Virus record (IMG/VR): IMGVR_UViG_3300042887_001901 | Location: 1 to 62,168 of that record | DNA length: 62,168 bases | DNA from: a virus | Lineage: Duplodnaviria; Caudoviricetes | Strand: one strand, 5' to 3' | Part shown: one piece after another, positions 9,008 through 19,411 of the stretch | How the letters are laid out: the number at the start of each line of letters is the position of its first letter | How positions within the stretch are numbered: the stretch's first letter is position 1 | The notes under the pieces: model-generated | Database searches by the model: none | What the model saw: only the letters and a program-made list of their open reading frames with translations | What the model was told of the DNA's origin: nothing | Position numbers and translations under genes: made by a program

Positions 9008-9539
9008 ACGACAGGTCTCAAATTTTATTATTAAACCGCTTACCTTAGGGGAGCACAAAATGTGAACAAAATGACACAATTACAACATTGGGCAATGGAC
9101 CCATTCGACATTGTTTGGAAGAATTTTTTAGATGTAAATTCCCCATTCAATACATTAGACAACAAAATCAACTACCCAGTTGACATTTATGAAATCGAAA
9201 ACGGTTTACGTTTCGAATTAGCAGTAGTAGGTCTCAATCAAGAAGACTTAGACATTCAAGTAGAAGGAGATACACTTAGAATTACCCACGACAGAAAGGC
9301 AGCAGATGAGTACCGTCCTTATATCCAAAGAGGTATAGCTAGACGTTCATTTGATTTAGCATGGAAAGTAGCAATGAAATTTGATTTAACTCAATTAACA
9401 GCTACTATGGATAAAGGATTGTTAATAATTGACATTCCAGTTTCAGCAGAAAGAGCACCAAAGAAAATTTCAATTAATGCTCCGCTTGAATTAAAAACAA
9501 GCAAGAAAAAATAAGTTTTGAAAATCCGAGACCTGTCGT
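9008..9539. repeat. Long-range inverted repeat enclosing hsp20 (arms 9008-9019 and 9528-9539)
   Basis: ACGACAGGTCTC ... GAGACCTGTCGT, perfect 12 bp; ATTTT/AAAAT extends it after a 2-nt mismatch. Confidence 0.8.
9062..9514 (+). CDS. Small heat shock protein Hsp20
   Basis: YPVDIYE, YIQRGIARRSF, ATMDKGLLIIDIP alpha-crystallin motifs; true start may be the ATG at 9071. Confidence 0.92.
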   Translation: MNKMTQLQHWAMDPFDIVWKNFLDVNSPFNTLDNKINYPVDIYEIENGLRFELAVVGLNQEDLDIQVEGDTLRITHDRKAADEYRPYIQRGIARRSFDLAWKVAMKFDLTQLTATMDKGLLIIDIPVSAERAPKKISINAPLELKTSKKK

Positions 9540-9547
9540 TATATTTA
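9517..9547 (+). promoter_or_regulatory. Bacteroidota-type promoter candidate for groES-groEL
   Basis: TTTG-N19-TATATTTA; the spacer contains the right arm of the hsp20 inverted repeat. Confidence 0.5.
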
Positions 9548-9567
9548 AAAATAAACAAAGTTATAAA

Positions 9568-9873
9568 ATGAAAATTATCCCGTTACACAACAACGTTGTG
9601 ATTAAACAAACTGACAACACAGAAGAGATGTATGGAAACATCTTAATACCTGATATGGGTAAAGAAAAACCATTGATGGGTGAAATTGTAGCAATTGGAT
9701 TAGGTAGAACTACTGAAACAGGTGCTTATGTAAAAACAATTTTAGAACCAGGACAAACAGTAGTATTCCCTGCATTTGGGGGTGTTAAAGTAAATGTTGA
9801 TGGTGAAGAATATGTAGTATGTAAAGAAACAGATTTAATTGCAGTAATAGAAAAAACAACAACAAATGAGTAA
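9568..9873 (+). CDS. groES: Co-chaperonin GroES
   Basis: IIPLHNNVVIK, ILIPDMGKEKP, GEIVAIG, ETDLIAVI. Confidence 0.93.
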   Translation: MKIIPLHNNVVIKQTDNTEEMYGNILIPDMGKEKPLMGEIVAIGLGRTTETGAYVKTILEPGQTVVFPAFGGVKVNVDGEEYVVCKETDLIAVIEKTTTNE

Positions 9874-11485
9874 AATAATTAGTTTTGATCGCGAGGCGAA
9901 AGAAAAATTACAAAACGGAATTGATAAAGTAAATAAAGCAGTAGCTACAACAATGGGTCCTTTTGGGCGTAATGTATTAATTGAAAAAGAACATGGTGAG
10001 GTTTCATCAACTAAAGATGGTGTTACAGTAGCTAAAACTATTACTTTGGAAGATCCAATTGAAAATATGGCCGCTACAGTTATTAAGCAAGCAGCACAAA
10101 AAACAGTTGATGCAGCAGGTGATGGTACAACAACATCTACTGTATTAGCACATGCTATTGCAACACAAGCATTACATGCAACATCATATGCTTCATCTAA
10201 TGCAACTCAAATTAAGCGTGGTATTGAAGCCGCTGTTAAATCAGTAGTAAATGAGTTAAAAGTAATGTCAGTAGATATTACTAGTGAAGACCAAATTAAG
10301 CAAGTAGCAACATTATCAGCTAATGGCGACACTGAAATTGGTGAATTAGTAGCTACAGCGATTGATAAAGTAGGTAGAGATGGGGTAGTAACAGTTGAGG
10401 AATCTCGTTCAGGTGAAACATCACTTGAAGTAGTAGAGGGTTTACAGTTTGATAGAGGTTATAAATCACATTACTTTGTAACTGATAATAACACAATGTC
10501 AGCTGTATTAAATGAACCATTAATTTTAATTTACGATAAGAAAATTACTACAATTAAGGATTTATTACCATTACTAGAGAAAGTATCGGCTGAACAAAAA
10601 TCGTTACTTATTATCGCTGAAGATATTGAAGGTGAAGCATTAGCTACATTAGTAATGAATAAAGGTAGAGGTGCATTGAAAGTAGCTGCTGTTAAAGCTC
10701 CAGGCTTTGGTGATTTAAGAGATCAAATGTTAGAAGATATGGCTACCTTAACTGGTGCTACAGTTATTTCTTCAAACAGGGGTATGACATTAGCTAAGTT
10801 AAATATGGATTGGTTAGGTAATGCTAGAGTTGCTACTGTAGGTAAAGAAACAACTACATTAGTTGATGGTAAAGGTAATCCTGAAAAAATCGAAGAACGT
10901 ATCTTAGCACTTAAAGCACAATTAGATAAAGAAACTACACCATACAACGTTGAGCGTTTACAAGAGCGTTTAGGTAAGTTAGTAGGTGGAGTTGCTATTA
11001 TTAATGTAGGTGGTGGTACTGAAATCGAAATGAAAGAAAAGAAAGACCGCTTAGACGATGCGTTACAAGCAACTAAAGCAGCTTTAGATGAGGGTGTATT
11101 GCAAGGTGCAGGTGTAGCATTATTAAGAGCTAGAAATGCAATTAGTAATAGAGGTAATACTGATTTTGGTAAAGGTGGAACAATTGTATATAATGCTTGT
11201 GAAGCTCCATTCCAACAGATCCTTAAAAATGCAGGTGAAAATCCTACTAAATGGGAAATTATCTTAAAAGATGTAGATAAAAAACATGTTCCAGATATTA
11301 CTAATGAAACTGTAATAGATGCATTCGCAGCAGGCATTATTGACCCAACTAAAGTTGTACGTTCAGCATTGGAAAACGCAGCAGCAGCCGCGGTTACATT
11401 ACTTATGACTGAATGTGTTATCCATACTAAACCAGATGATAAGAAAAAAGACGCTGGGTTTGATATGGCAGGATTAGGAATGTAA
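9866..11485 (+). CDS. groEL: Chaperonin GroEL
   Basis: [48 protein letters not shown]. Confidence 0.97.
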   Translation: MSKIISFDREAKEKLQNGIDKVNKAVATTMGPFGRNVLIEKEHGEVSSTKDGVTVAKTITLEDPIENMAATVIKQAAQKTVDAAGDGTTTSTVLAHAIATQALHATSYASSNATQIKRGIEAAVKSVVNELKVMSVDITSEDQIKQVATLSANGDTEIGELVATAIDKVGRDGVVTVEESRSGETSLEVVEGLQFDRGYKSHYFVTDNNTMSAVLNEPLILIYDKKITTIKDLLPLLEKVSAEQKSLLIIAEDIEGEALATLVMNKGRGALKVAAVKAPGFGDLRDQMLEDMATLTGATVISSNRGMTLAKLNMDWLGNARVATVGKETTTLVDGKGNPEKIEERILALKAQLDKETTPYNVERLQERLGKLVGGVAIINVGGGTEIEMKEKKDRLDDALQATKAALDEGVLQGAGVALLRARNAISNRGNTDFGKGGTIVYNACEAPFQQILKNAGENPTKWEIILKDVDKKHVPDITNETVIDAFAAGIIDPTKVVRSALENAAAAAVTLLMTECVIHTKPDDKKKDAGFDMAGLGM

Positions 11486-11505
11486 TTTGATAAAAATATA
11501 AGGTT

Positions 11506-12426
11506 ATGAAACAACACACTCTTTGGATCGAAAAATACAGATCAGAAACATTAGAACAATACATCGGCAATGATGCGATTAAAACCCGCATCGCCGATTG
11601 TATTGCTAAAAACGATATACCCCATCTCATATTCGCTGGTAGCGCAGGCACAGGGAAAACTACCCTCGCGAAGTTAATTGTCAAGAATATCCAATGTGAT
11701 TATCTTTATATTAACGCCAGCGATGAGAATGGAATTGATACTATTAGAGAAAGAGTTAAAGGATTTGCTTCAACAGCATCGTTTCAACCACTTAAGGTTG
11801 TTATATTAGATGAGGCTGATTTCTTGACTCAACCCGCTCAAGCAGCATTACGTAATTTAATTGAGGAATACTCAGCGTATACTCGCTTTATATTAACTTG
11901 TAATTATGTAGAGCGTTTAATTGAACCACTTCAATCACGTTGTGAATTGCATATGTTAAAACCACCTACTAAAGGTGCTGTTGCAAAACATATTTGCACT
12001 AACGTTTTAGACGTTGAAGGTGTTACTTATGAAATGAGTGATATAGCTCAAATAGTAAATTTATTTTACCCTGATGTAAGATCAATTATTAAAACATTAC
12101 AACAAAATTGTAAAGATGGTAAATTAACTATTACTACTATAGATGATAATTGGTGTAAACCATTAGTTGAAATACTAAAAAAACGCGATAAAAATGCTTG
12201 GTATCAAGTTCGCCAACTAGTAGCTGATGCGCAAGTAGATGATTTTCAAACCGCTTATAGATATATGTTTGATAATTTATCCGAATTTAGTTATGGAAAT
12301 GACGCTCAATTGTCAGTTATATTAGATGATTTCATCTGGAGAGCAGGTGTAGTACCTGATAAAGAAATTAACTTTGCGGCTTGTATAGCCAAAGTATTAG
12401 ACACAAATAAAAAACAAATATTATAA
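11506..12426 (+). CDS. Clamp loader AAA+ subunit (RFC/T4 gp44-like)
   Basis: WIEKYR, GSAGTGKTT, INASD, LDEAD, SRC. Confidence 0.93.
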   Translation: MKQHTLWIEKYRSETLEQYIGNDAIKTRIADCIAKNDIPHLIFAGSAGTGKTTLAKLIVKNIQCDYLYINASDENGIDTIRERVKGFASTASFQPLKVVILDEADFLTQPAQAALRNLIEEYSAYTRFILTCNYVERLIEPLQSRCELHMLKPPTKGAVAKHICTNVLDVEGVTYEMSDIAQIVNLFYPDVRSIIKTLQQNCKDGKLTITTIDDNWCKPLVEILKKRDKNAWYQVRQLVADAQVDDFQTAYRYMFDNLSEFSYGNDAQLSVILDDFIWRAGVVPDKEINFAACIAKVLDTNKKQIL

Positions 12427-12674
12427 TGCAACAACAACAAGGACCACAAGTTGATATTTCAGCTACAACACCATTAGCGTGTGAGTGTGGAAACGAAACA
12501 TTTAAAGAAGTAATGTACTTACGTAAAGAATCTAGATTAATGTCAGGTTTACCTGAAGATAGATTAGTGCCAATTCAATTATTGGCTTGTGGTAAATGTG
12601 GAATTTTAGTTGAAACCTTTATTCCTGCACCATTAAAACAATTTTATGGTAAAGATGCTATTCAATCTTTTTAA
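12426..12674 (+). CDS. Small zinc-ribbon protein
   Basis: CECG...CGKCG. Confidence 0.65.
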   Translation: MQQQQGPQVDISATTPLACECGNETFKEVMYLRKESRLMSGLPEDRLVPIQLLACGKCGILVETFIPAPLKQFYGKDAIQSF

Positions 12675-12900
12675 TAAAAGAAAAATGGAAATAGAACAAC
12701 TAAAACAAGAAAATAATGCTTTAAAAGCACAAATTGCTGGTATATCCTTTAATTTAAAAAATGCTGATAATATAGTTCAACAACAACAACGAGAACTAGA
12801 GACATTAAATGCTCAAATTAAAGATTTAAAGCAACAAATTACTCAGCTTAATCTAGTAGTTGACTCAGTTAACAGAAACAACGAATCAAGATATTACTAA
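12646..12900 (+). CDS. Coiled-coil hypothetical protein
   Basis: Heptad-rich Q/L/N sequence; start uncertain. Confidence 0.6.
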   Translation: MVKMLFNLFNKRKMEIEQLKQENNALKAQIAGISFNLKNADNIVQQQQRELETLNAQIKDLKQQITQLNLVVDSVNRNNESRYY

Positions 12901-13274
12901 TGAATATATTTGACCATATTAAAAACATCACTACTAATAAGGGTACTTATTTAGGAGATGAAGGTTGGAACAATTGGATGATCAACCGCTTCTTAAGTAT
13001 GGATCCTGATTATTGTGAAGTAGTAAATATAGTTCAGAAGAATACTTGGCAGATGAAAGGTGAGTACTTATACAACCTGTATAAGGATCTTATTCCTAAA
13101 CAATACAAGTATCTTAAGTATATTAAATCGTCTAAGAAAAACGAATATGATGCTGGTGATATTGAAGCTGTAGTTACTTACTTTGAGGTTAGTAAAAAAG
13201 AAGCTAAGCAATATATTGATATGCTACCTAAAGATGAATTAAAAAATATAATAGCACAAATAAATGGAAAATAA
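12900..13274 (+). CDS. Clamp loader small subunit (T4 gp62-like)
   Basis: FDHIKNIT, WMINRFLSM, YFEVSKKEAKQYI; adjacent to the gp44-like gene. Confidence 0.7.
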   Translation: MNIFDHIKNITTNKGTYLGDEGWNNWMINRFLSMDPDYCEVVNIVQKNTWQMKGEYLYNLYKDLIPKQYKYLKYIKSSKKNEYDAGDIEAVVTYFEVSKKEAKQYIDMLPKDELKNIIAQINGK

Positions 13275-13473
13275 ATTAGATTCAGTAGTTACATCTATCA
13301 TAGAACAATTTACATCACGAGCTAAAATGGGTAAGGCAAAGTACGGTGTTGATCTTGATCGTACAGATTTATCATTAGTAGAATGGATTGAGCATGCTAA
13401 ACAAGAGCATATGGATGCTATTCTGTATTTAGAAAAAATTAAACAAATAGCAAGTGGCGAAAAAATCCTTTGA
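13264..13473 (+). CDS. Small all-alpha NTP pyrophosphohydrolase-like protein
   Basis: GKAKYG...WIEHAKQEHMDAILYL, MazG-like ExxD. Confidence 0.5.
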   Translation: MENKLDSVVTSIIEQFTSRAKMGKAKYGVDLDRTDLSLVEWIEHAKQEHMDAILYLEKIKQIASGEKIL

Positions 13474-14395
13474 GATAGAGCTTAAAATAAAAAACTACCA
13501 GAAACCTGAGATTAACCATGCATTCCAAAAAAGCGTGTCTTATTCTCAGTTTTCTATGTGGGCGTCATGTCCTCATAAATGGTATCTTACTTATGTAGAG
13601 AATAAACAACCTTACCAAGCTAGTATTCATACTGTATTTGGAACAGCGTTTCATGAAACTATACAAGACTACATTACAGTAATGTATAATGAAAGTGGAG
13701 CTGCAGCTGATAGAATGGATTTAATTACTTTATTCCAAGATAAATTTAGAGAAGTATACTCTAAAGAATATAAAGCAGCAGGGGCTCATTTTACTAACCC
13801 AGTTCAGATGGGTGAATTTTTTGAAGATGCTGTTGCTATATTAAATTTCATTCAAAAAAATAGAAATAAATTATTTACTATACGTAAAATGCGTTTACTA
13901 GGTATAGAGATACCTTTATTATTAAATGTAGCTAATAATATATTTTTAAAGGGGTTTATTGATTTTGTGTTGTATGATGAAGAATTAGATAAAGTTTATA
14001 TATATGATATCAAAACATCAACAAGAGGATGGAGCGACTCTGAAAAGAAAGACGATAATAAAATTGCTCAAATCCTATTATACAAGGAGTACTTTTCAAA
14101 ACAATTTGGGTTCGATGTTGAGAAAATCGAAGTCGAATATTTCATCGTTAAACGAAAAATCTGGGAACAATCCGAGTATGCTATCCCCAGAACCCAATCA
14201 TTTAAACCAGCAAGTGGGAAAAATAAGCGTAAACAAGCAGTAGAAAATTTCCAATCATTTATTAAAGACTGTTTCGACGATAGTGGTAAACCACAAATGA
14301 AGTCGTACCTTAAAAATGTAGGTGAAAGCAGCTGCAAATGGTGCCCCTACAAAGACTCACCAGATCTTTGCGATAAAGTTGCAGGTTCTATGTAG
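13454..14395 (+). CDS. PD-(D/E)XK nuclease (RecB/Cas4-like exonuclease)
   Basis: SYSQ..CP, FGTAFHE, GFID, DIKTS, QILLY, CKWCPY..C. Confidence 0.88.
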   Translation: MAKKSFEIELKIKNYQKPEINHAFQKSVSYSQFSMWASCPHKWYLTYVENKQPYQASIHTVFGTAFHETIQDYITVMYNESGAAADRMDLITLFQDKFREVYSKEYKAAGAHFTNPVQMGEFFEDAVAILNFIQKNRNKLFTIRKMRLLGIEIPLLLNVANNIFLKGFIDFVLYDEELDKVYIYDIKTSTRGWSDSEKKDDNKIAQILLYKEYFSKQFGFDVEKIEVEYFIVKRKIWEQSEYAIPRTQSFKPASGKNKRKQAVENFQSFIKDCFDDSGKPQMKSYLKNVGESSCKWCPYKDSPDLCDKVAGSM

Positions 14396-14425
14396 TCGTA
14401 TATATTTATATCAAAATATAATATT

Positions 14426-14626
14426 ATGGCAAAATCAAACATGCAACTAACAAGTGTAAAGATCCCTGAGGATTTGTTTGAACAATTCAAAATCGCCTGT
14501 GTTAGATATAAGTTCAGTGTTCAGAAATTAACAGAACGCACAATGTATCTATACTTAACAAGTGATGAATTTAGAAAACAAATTCACAATCAATTAGACA
14601 CAACATTAACAAAAGAAACAGAATAA
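14426..14626 (+). CDS. Ribbon-helix-helix DNA-binding protein
   Basis: LTSVKIPEDLFEQFKIAC beta-alpha-alpha pattern. Confidence 0.6.
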   Translation: MAKSNMQLTSVKIPEDLFEQFKIACVRYKFSVQKLTERTMYLYLTSDEFRKQIHNQLDTTLTKETE

Positions 14627-14632
14627 CACGTT

Positions 14633-16090
14633 ATGAAAGAAGGTTATATCCCGCAGGAGAAACGTAAAAAAATCCTATTATTATGTGATGATATTCGAAT
14701 GACTAGTGGTATTTCCACTATGGCTAGAGAAATCGTTATAGGTACTGCTCATAGATTTAATTGGGCAAATATTGGAGGTGCTATCCAACACCCAGACAAA
14801 GGTAAACGATTTGATTTAAACGCCGATACTAACATGCATGCTGGTATTACGGATGCAAGTGTTTTCCTTTATCCTATTGATGGTTATGGTTCTCCTGAAT
14901 TAATTAGACAAATGATGGAGATAGAAAAACCAGATGCAATTATGATCTTTACAGATCCTAGATATTGGATTTGGTTATTTCAAATGGAACATGAGATTAG
15001 AAGACAAATTCCATTAATTTATTTAAACATTTGGGATGACTTACCTTATCCAATGTATAATAAACCATACTATGAATCATGTGATTGTTTATTAGCAATT
15101 AGTAAACAAACAGAAAACTTAAATCGCGCTGTATTAGGACCAGAATTGTCAGCTGAGAAGGTTATTAAATATGTTCCACACGGAATTAATCACAAAATAT
15201 TCTTCCCTATTACAACTGAACATCCTGAATATTTGGCATTACAAGAATTTAAAAAACGTTTATATGGAGAAAAAACTTACGATTTTGCTTTATTATATAA
15301 TGCGCGTAACATCCGTCGTAAATCCGTTCCTGATTTAATGTTAGCATGGAAGATATTCCGTGATAACTTACCTCAAGATAAAAAAGATAAAGTATGTTTA
15401 GTAATGCATACACAAAAAATAGATGAAAATGGAACTGATTTACCTGCAGTACAACAAATGTTGTTTGGTAAAGAAGGTGGTAGCATAATTTGGGATGAGA
15501 ATAGATATCCATCAAATATTATGAATTTACTTTATAACTGTGTAGATGGTACAGCATTAATTTCATCTAATGAAGGTTGGGGATTATCATTAACTGAATC
15601 TATGATGTGTGGTAAACCAATTATTGCTACTGTAACAGGTGGTATGCAAGACCAAATGCGTTTTGAAGATGAAAATGGTGAGTGGATTAAATTTACAGAA
15701 GAATTTGGTTCAAACCATAGAGGTAAATATAAAAAACATGGAGTTTGGGCTTACCCAGTATTCCCATCTAATTTAAGTTTAATTGGTTCAGTACCTACAC
15801 CTTATATCTTTGATGATAGAGCACAACCAGAAGACATAGCTGATCAGATTAAAAATCTCTATACAGCAAAGACTGAAGTCCCTGATATGTTCAATAGGAT
15901 TGGAGAATTAGCTCATGAATGGGCTATGTCTGATGAAGCAATGATGACAGCTGAAAATATGTCTAAAAACGTCATTGATGGTATTGAAGAAACATTCGCT
16001 AAATGGGAACCTAGATATGCATTTGAGTTAATCAAAGTAGAACCATTAGATGAACCTAAACATTTTGTAAAACACGTTATCGCACAATAA
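14633..16090 (+). CDS. GT-B glycosyltransferase (GT4-like)
   Basis: ARNIRRK, SSNEGWGLSLTESMMCGKPII. Confidence 0.88.
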   Translation: MKEGYIPQEKRKKILLLCDDIRMTSGISTMAREIVIGTAHRFNWANIGGAIQHPDKGKRFDLNADTNMHAGITDASVFLYPIDGYGSPELIRQMMEIEKPDAIMIFTDPRYWIWLFQMEHEIRRQIPLIYLNIWDDLPYPMYNKPYYESCDCLLAISKQTENLNRAVLGPELSAEKVIKYVPHGINHKIFFPITTEHPEYLALQEFKKRLYGEKTYDFALLYNARNIRRKSVPDLMLAWKIFRDNLPQDKKDKVCLVMHTQKIDENGTDLPAVQQMLFGKEGGSIIWDENRYPSNIMNLLYNCVDGTALISSNEGWGLSLTESMMCGKPIIATVTGGMQDQMRFEDENGEWIKFTEEFGSNHRGKYKKHGVWAYPVFPSNLSLIGSVPTPYIFDDRAQPEDIADQIKNLYTAKTEVPDMFNRIGELAHEWAMSDEAMMTAENMSKNVIDGIEETFAKWEPRYAFELIKVEPLDEPKHFVKHVIAQ

Positions 16091-16091
16091 T

Positions 16092-17381
16092 ATGAAACCA
16101 TTAGTAGTTATAAGTTGCCCTGCTGACACATTCTCAGGATATGGGGCTAGAAGTAGAGATATAGCATTACCACTTATCAAATCAGGTAAGTATGATGTTA
16201 AAATATTACCTCAAAGATGGGGTAGTACACCATGGGGCTTTTTACAAGACAGTAATCCTGATCATAAATTGATTAAAGACTGTTTCTTGCAAAATAATCA
16301 ATTACCTAAACAACCAGATGTTTGGATGCAGATTACTGTACCAAATGAATTTCAACCTGTAGGTAAATTTAATATTGGTATTACTGCTGGTATTGAAACT
16401 ACAATATGTGCTCCTCAATGGATTGAAGGTTTAAATAGAATGAGTTTAAACTTAGTATCTTCAGAACATGCTAAAAAAGTATTTCAAGATTCTAAATTTG
16501 AAAAACGTAATTCACAAACACAACAAGTAGAGGGTGTTATTGAATTAACAGCACCTGTAGAGGTATTATTTGAAGGGGCTAATTTAGATATCTATAAAAA
16601 GATAGAAAAGTTAACTACTGAAGTTAAACCTGTATTAGATAGTATTAAAGAAGAATTTTGTTACTTGTTTGTAGGCCATTGGTTACAAGGTGAAATGGGG
16701 CAAGATAGAAAAGATGTTGGTATGTTAATTAAAACATTCCTTGAAACATTTAAAAATAAAAAACAACGCCCTGCTTTAATTTTAAAAACACAATCCGCTA
16801 CTTCATCTGTAATGGATAGAGAGGAAATGTTAGATAAAATTAGAATAATTGAAGGAAGTGTAGGTGGTAATTTACCAAGTATCTATTTATTACATGGTGA
16901 ATTGAGTGATGAAGAGATGAATGAATTATATAACCATCCTAAAGTAAAAGCATTTGTATCATTTACTAAAGGCGAAGGATATGGTCGCCCATTACTTGAA
17001 TCATCAATTTCAGCTAAACCAGTATTAGTTAGTGGCTATAGTGGCCATTTAGATTTCCTAGATAAAGATATGTCTATTATCCTACCAGGCGAAATCAAAC
17101 AAATACACAGTTCAGCAGTAGTACAAGATATGTTAATTCCTGAAAGTGGATGGTTTACTATTAATTATGAAACTGCAGCATCAGCATTAGAAGAAGTTTA
17201 TAAGAACTATAAAAAGTATCTTGATGGTGCAAAGAGACAAGCGTATCGTTCACGTACTGAATTTAGTTTAGAAAAAATGGGTGAGAAATTACTTGATATA
17301 CTAGACGCTAAAGTACCTAAACCTGTTGAGTTTAAATTACCTCAATTAAAGAAAATTGAATTACCTAAAATTAAGAAGTAA
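16092..17381 (+). CDS. GT-B glycosyltransferase (GT4-like)
   Basis: SGYGARSRD, DRKDVG, TKGEGYGRPLLE, SGHLDF. Confidence 0.85.
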   Translation: MKPLVVISCPADTFSGYGARSRDIALPLIKSGKYDVKILPQRWGSTPWGFLQDSNPDHKLIKDCFLQNNQLPKQPDVWMQITVPNEFQPVGKFNIGITAGIETTICAPQWIEGLNRMSLNLVSSEHAKKVFQDSKFEKRNSQTQQVEGVIELTAPVEVLFEGANLDIYKKIEKLTTEVKPVLDSIKEEFCYLFVGHWLQGEMGQDRKDVGMLIKTFLETFKNKKQRPALILKTQSATSSVMDREEMLDKIRIIEGSVGGNLPSIYLLHGELSDEEMNELYNHPKVKAFVSFTKGEGYGRPLLESSISAKPVLVSGYSGHLDFLDKDMSIILPGEIKQIHSSAVVQDMLIPESGWFTINYETAASALEEVYKNYKKYLDGAKRQAYRSRTEFSLEKMGEKLLDILDAKVPKPVEFKLPQLKKIELPKIKK

Positions 17382-17773
17382 TGAACGAACAATTAATAAT
17401 ATGTCCTAAATGTGGTGGTGATGCTTGTCATGAAGCCTCAAATAATAAACTTACGGTTTGGAGTTGTTATGGATGTGGATTTACATCCAATACAACTTTA
17501 ACAGAAGATAAATTAACTGAAGTAGAAGCAGTAATACCTCAATTATATAAAGATTTAAAATTTAAAGATGAAAAAGGATATTATTGGTATCCTATGACAG
17601 TAATTTTAGATGATAAGTCAATGGTATTTGCTGAAGGTACTAATGCTAATGATTGGAAATGGTCCGCTGTGCAATCTAAAGATAGCAAAGCAGATATGAC
17701 AACTAAAAAAGAATTTGAAATTAATGAATTCATAGAAGGATTAGATTATATAGGATATTTCAATAAAAAATAA
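17381..17773 (+). CDS. Zinc-binding hypothetical protein
   Basis: CPKCGGDAC...CYGCG. Confidence 0.65.
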   Translation: MNEQLIICPKCGGDACHEASNNKLTVWSCYGCGFTSNTTLTEDKLTEVEAVIPQLYKDLKFKDEKGYYWYPMTVILDDKSMVFAEGTNANDWKWSAVQSKDSKADMTTKKEFEINEFIEGLDYIGYFNKK

Positions 17774-17777
17774 TGTT

Positions 17778-18383
17778 ATGCCCTCAATTAGTTATGCAAT
17801 TACAGCTTGTAATGAGCACATTGAATTAGAGAGACTACTAAACCAGTTATCATCCGCTATTAGAGATGAAGATGAGATTGTAGTACAAATGGATATTACT
17901 GCTACTGATGAAGTAAAAGATGTAGTTAACAAATATAAGTTAATGAATTACTTCCATCCATTAAATAAAGATTTCGCTACATTTAAAAATAATCTTAAAG
18001 GTCTATGTACTAAAGATTATATCTTCCAAATTGATGCTGATGAGTACCTATCAGAAGAATTACTAGCATATCTTCCAGCTATATTAGAGGACAATAACCG
18101 TGTTGAGATGTTCTCTCTACCACGTATTAATACAGTTGAAGGCTTAACTCAAGAACATATTAAACAATGGGGTTGGAGAGTTGATGAAAGAGGATGGGTT
18201 AATTATCCTGATTACCAAAATCGTATACTTAGAAATAAACCTGAAATACATTGGGTAAATAAAGTACACGAAAAGATAATTGGCGCTATGGTCACAACAG
18301 AAATACCTCCAGGATTAGATTTAATACATCCTAAGACAATAGAAAAACAAGAAAAACAAAACAATTATTATAATACAATATGA
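17778..18383 (+). CDS. GT2 glycosyltransferase
   Basis: ISYAITACNE, IFQIDADE, KVHEKI. Confidence 0.85.
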   Translation: MPSISYAITACNEHIELERLLNQLSSAIRDEDEIVVQMDITATDEVKDVVNKYKLMNYFHPLNKDFATFKNNLKGLCTKDYIFQIDADEYLSEELLAYLPAILEDNNRVEMFSLPRINTVEGLTQEHIKQWGWRVDERGWVNYPDYQNRILRNKPEIHWVNKVHEKIIGAMVTTEIPPGLDLIHPKTIEKQEKQNNYYNTI

Positions 18384-19411
18384 AAACAGCACTAGTATTA
18401 GGGGCAGGTGGGTTTATTGGCTCACACCTCGTTAAACGATTAAAATCAGAAGGATTTTGGGTACGTGGAGTAGATTTAAAATATCCCGAGTATGACAAAA
18501 CAGAAGCTGATGACTTTAAAATTTATGATTTACGTGATCCTAAAAACGTAGAAGCCGTTATGAGATTAGAAGGAGCTAATGGACAACCACTTCCTGTAGC
18601 CTACCACCACCATCCCTTCTCTGAAGAACTTCAATTTGATGAAGTGTATCAATTAGCAGCCGATATGGGTGGTGCAGGTTATATTTTTACAGGTGAAAAT
18701 GATGCTAATGTAATGCATAATTCAGCTACTATTAATTTAAATGTAGCTCATGAAGCAGTTAAGCAAAAAGTTAAACGTGTATTCTACAGTTCATCTGCTT
18801 GTATGTATCCTGAACATAATCAATTAGATCCAAACAATCCTAATTGTGAAGAATCATCAGCATACCCTGCTAATCCAGATTCTGAATATGGTTGGGAAAA
18901 ATTATTTAGTGAGAGAATGTATTTAGCATTTGCTAGAAACTATGGCTTAACAGTTCGTATAGCTCGTTTTCACAATATATTTGGCCCTTATGGTACTTGG
19001 AAAGGTGGTAAAGAAAAAGCACCAGCAGCAATGTGTCGTAAAGTAGTTGAAATGTTAGAGGGTGGAGAAATTGAAGTATGGGGTGATGGTCAACAAACAA
19101 GATCGTTCTTATACATTGACGAGTGTGTTGAAGGTGTATTACGCTTAATGCGTTCTGATTTTGAAGAACCAGTTAATATTGGTAGTGAAGAAATGGTTAC
19201 TATTAATCAATTAGCTCAATACGCAATTGATATTAGTGGTAAAAACATTACTATTAAAAATATAGAAGGGCCTACAGGAGTTAGAGGTAGAAATAGTGAT
19301 AATAAATTAATCCAAGAAAAATTAGGTTGGTCTCCAAATTACCCATTATATAATGGTCTAACAGAAACATTTAACTGGATTAATAAACAAGTAAATAAAC
19401 AAGATGTATAA
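18380..19411 (+). CDS. NAD-dependent epimerase (GDP-mannose 3,5-epimerase-like)
   Basis: GAGGFIG, LAADMGGAG, SSSACMYP, YGWEK, GKEKAPAAMCRK, GVRGRNSDN. Confidence 0.9.
   Translation: MKTALVLGAGGFIGSHLVKRLKSEGFWVRGVDLKYPEYDKTEADDFKIYDLRDPKNVEAVMRLEGANGQPLPVAYHHHPFSEELQFDEVYQLAADMGGAGYIFTGENDANVMHNSATINLNVAHEAVKQKVKRVFYSSSACMYPEHNQLDPNNPNCEESSAYPANPDSEYGWEKLFSERMYLAFARNYGLTVRIARFHNIFGPYGTWKGGKEKAPAAMCRKVVEMLEGGEIEVWGDGQQTRSFLYIDECVEGVLRLMRSDFEEPVNIGSEEMVTINQLAQYAIDISGKNITIKNIEGPTGVRGRNSDNKLIQEKLGWSPNYPLYNGLTETFNWINKQVNKQDV

Noticed and set aside
9008-9539. IS element or MITE defined by terminal inverted repeats
   Set aside because: No transposase and no target-site duplication; the two repeat pairs in the window are unrelated in sequence
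10723-11517. 264-aa minus-strand ORF
   Set aside because: Antisense shadow of groEL caused by codon bias; no motifs or promoter. The other short minus-strand ORFs in the track were rejected for the same reason.
13454-14395. Cas4 as evidence of a CRISPR system
   Set aside because: Stand-alone PD-(D/E)XK exonuclease in a replication cluster, common in phages; no cas1/cas2 or array
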